IMG/VR virus record: IMGVR_UViG_3300009117_000043
Location: 1-47,033 of that record
Source of the DNA: a virus
Lineage: Duplodnaviria > Caudoviricetes
Reading direction: 5' to 3' (one strand)
Length of the DNA: 47,033 bases
A program made the position numbers and the translations under genes. Under the pieces are notes generated by a model. It did not search any database. It was not told where the DNA came from and worked only from the letters and a program-made list of their open reading frames with translations. Shown here piece by piece: positions 44,899-47,033 of the stretch. Positions within the stretch are counted from its first letter, which is position 1. The number at the start of each line of letters is the position of its first letter.

Positions 44899-47033
44899 GA
44901 TGTTGATTCCTCCTGTTCTTTATTGATTTTTCGCAAAAAATAAGCGATGCCACGGAGGATAAAATCCACACATGGTATCGCAACGCTGTTGCCCAGCGCC
45001 TTGTACCGGGCAGAGTCCGATGCGCCCGGAATCAGAGTCCAGCCATCGGGGAATCCTTGGAGCCGTTCGCACTCCAAAGGAGTAAGCCTGCGGATGAGGT
45101 TTCGTCTCTCCACGATGCATTTATCCTGGCTGACATACTGATTACCGACACCCTTTTCATCCCCCCGGCAAAGGGAACCTACCACATCCTGATATGGTTC
45201 GCATACCGCATGGCGGTCGCTGGTAGTTATGGTATAGCTGATATCTGGCTGACAGCCTAAACCGTTGCCTCCATTTTCCGGCTCCCGGTCAATGATATTT
45301 CCCGCGATGCAAATGGTTTTCTGCAAAACGGGGTTTCCTACAAGCGGAACATTATTGCCACCTGTACCCATCCGGGCGGCGAGGGTTGGGGCTACGCCAA
45401 GCGGACCGTTGTATCTGCCATCCTTGGGATGGTTTTCAAATAACACCGGCTGGTTGTTGCCAGAGGTTCCGGCGGCAGATGTGATGGTTGGGCAAATCCC
45501 TGCTCCAATTTCTGCACCACCCTGCTGAGTCGCCATAACCAATGGCTGATGCCCATGCTCCTGGGCGCGTAGAGTTCCTGTAATGTCGTCGGTGCAGTGC
45601 ATTTGGCTGCCGCCCTGATCATTTAAGCAGAGGACGGTTGGTGCAGTGCCTGTTTTCAGCGTAGGGGAACATTCCTCCTGAAAGCCAATTCCCCCGGCAT
45701 CCCCGCTTGCACTGCCGCAGAATCCTGCAGCAAACAGCAGACCGCCCGGATTTCTGCCTCCACCGCCGTCTGCCCCTGCAAGCGTAGGCGCAGCTCCACC
45801 TGCTGTGAACACTCTGCTTTGCTGGGTATCCCAGCTATTCAGGCAGTTGGGCTGTGCAACAAGGGGAGGATAACCGCCCATGCCCGCACGGAGTGTAGGT
45901 GTGACTTCCTCAGTGATGTCCATCCGCTCCCCACCCTGGTCATTTAAGCAGATCAGCGGTTCCGTAACGAAGGTCATCTGCATATTTCGGGTCGCAAGCA
46001 GTGCACCGGATATGCCATGAAGGTCGATTACCTCATCTCTTTGGTTCACATGAAATGTATTGACTTCTTTGGTTTCCGCAACAAAGGTCTGCTGTTTTAT
46101 ACCCGGCTGAGCCTGTATTGCCCCAGCGATATCATGCAGGTCACGAACCTCATCACGCTGATTGGCTGCAAAAGCCACTACTGTTTTTTCTTGTGTCTGG
46201 ATATATCCATGGCCGCCGCCCTCTCCGCTATAGAGAGCCGGCCATGTCCCTGTTTCCTCAAAAATGCGGCGGCTCTGCACATCCCATGGGGTCAGGCAAG
46301 CCCCGCCTGTATCATCAGTGCTTCCCTCAGCTGAGGCGGAAGCTCCTTGCCTCTCGCCTCGGCTCTCCGCAATATTCCCAAACAGGCTGTCTTGCTTAAA
46401 TAATATTTCGGGTGCGGTGAGTCCTCCAAAATCTGCGACAAGGAAGATACGACGGCGACGCTGGGCGACTCCCCAGAATTGAGCGTCCAAGACACGCCAA
46501 GCAAGGCTGAATTCACCTCCCAGAAAGACAGCCCCAGCAGATTCCCAGCGCCCGTACTCAGGTCGAGGCACATCACAGGAACTGTCCTTGATGCGGACGA
46601 TCTCCTCAATGACCGCCCGGAAGTCCTCGCCCTCTGCGGAGCTGAAGGCTCCGGGGACATTTTCCCAAACGAGGTATCGAGGTCGAACAAGGTAATTTGG
46701 TATGCTTCGCTGCTCATCGGCTTTTCTCATCTCCTTCGTGATTCGTGTCTGCTCCATAAATAAGCCGGAGCGTTCCCCTGCAAGTCCTGCACGCTGACCC
46801 GCAACCGATAAATCCTGACAGGGTGAGCCGCCGCAGATAACATCCACAGGTGGAAGAACCGCTCCATCCAGCTTTGTAATATCCCCGACATGGAGCATTT
46901 CGGGGAATCGAATTTTCGTCACTTCAATGGGGAAGGCTTCGATTTCGCTTGCCCACAAAGGCGTAATACCATTTCGGACAGCGGCAAGTGGAAAGCCTCC
47001 GATTCCATCAAAGAGGCTCCCCATTGTCATCAT
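44874..47033 (-). CDS. C5 DNA cytosine methyltransferase with an expanded variable region
   Basis: SLFDGIGG (I), GGSPCQ (IV), WENVPG (VI), QRRRRIF (VIII), RRLTPLECERLQGFP and GNSV. The start lies at the window edge. Confidence 0.93.
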   Translation of the reverse strand: MMTMGSLFDGIGGFPLAAVRNGITPLWASEIEAFPIEVTKIRFPEMLHVGDITKLDGAVLPPVDVICGGSPCQDLSVAGQRAGLAGERSGLFMEQTRITKEMRKADEQRSIPNYLVRPRYLVWENVPGAFSSAEGEDFRAVIEEIVRIKDSSCDVPRPEYGRWESAGAVFLGGEFSLAWRVLDAQFWGVAQRRRRIFLVADFGGLTAPEILFKQDSLFGNIAESRGERQGASASAEGSTDDTGGACLTPWDVQSRRIFEETGTWPALYSGEGGGHGYIQTQEKTVVAFAANQRDEVRDLHDIAGAIQAQPGIKQQTFVAETKEVNTFHVNQRDEVIDLHGISGALLATRNMQMTFVTEPLICLNDQGGERMDITEEVTPTLRAGMGGYPPLVAQPNCLNSWDTQQSRVFTAGGAAPTLAGADGGGGRNPGGLLFAAGFCGSASGDAGGIGFQEECSPTLKTGTAPTVLCLNDQGGSQMHCTDDITGTLRAQEHGHQPLVMATQQGGAEIGAGICPTITSAAGTSGNNQPVLFENHPKDGRYNGPLGVAPTLAARMGTGGNNVPLVGNPVLQKTICIAGNIIDREPENGGNGLGCQPDISYTITTSDRHAVCEPYQDVVGSLCRGDEKGVGNQYVSQDKCIVERRNLIRRLTPLECERLQGFPDGWTLIPGASDSARYKALGNSVAIPCVDFILRGIAYFLRKINKEQEESTSCTSTPTT
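46292..46717 (-). CDS. Nested alternative-frame ORF, putative second (beta-like) methyltransferase subunit
   Basis: Same strand, different frame; has a protein-like C-terminus SLSQILE..PKYYLSKTACLGILRRAEARGKELP..L. Confidence 0.6.
   Translation of the reverse strand: MSSEAYQITLFDLDTSFGKMSPEPSAPQRARTSGRSLRRSSASRTVPVMCLDLSTGAGNLLGLSFWEVNSALLGVSWTLNSGESPSVAVVSSLSQILEDSPHPKYYLSKTACLGILRRAEARGKELPPQLREALMIQAGLA

Noticed and set aside
1-47033. CRISPR array, tRNA or rRNA genes
   Set aside because: I saw no regularly spaced short repeats or tRNA/rRNA-like sequence by eye.

Overview
Firmicute (Clostridia-like) integrative conjugative element (ICE), almost all on the minus strand and cut by both window edges. 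Read right to left it contains: (1) a C5 DNA methyltransferase with about 11 tandem TRD-like modules and a nested out-of-frame ORF; (2) a conjugation module with PrgI-like, VirB4, amidoligase, gamma-glutamylcyclotransferase, M23 peptidase, an oriT with a MOBP-type TATCCTG/C nick motif, an RHH protein, a MobP3-type relaxase with SEL1 repeats, a toprim protein and VirD4; (3) a tandemly duplicated cargo unit of HTH/LuxR regulator, Cys-rich small protein and large surface protein, where two different passenger regions share a near-identical ~500-aa SLH plus cell-wall-binding C-terminus; (4) a c-di-GMP-I riboswitch, a sigma-70 region-4 protein, a ~360-nt boxA-flanked structured non-coding region, an orphan MazF/PemK gene and three serine-recombinase genes; (5) an AT-richer resistance-type cassette with GIY-YIG, AAA-vWA fusion, XRE regulator, mef(A) with its MTASMRLR leader but no msr(D), nucleotidyltransferase, methyltransferase, HD protein, GrpB pseudogene and kinase; (6) an rlmD/rumA-like att remnant and an internally deleted IS3-family element. 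All calls come from reading the sequence and ORF track by eye; no searches or folding programs were run.
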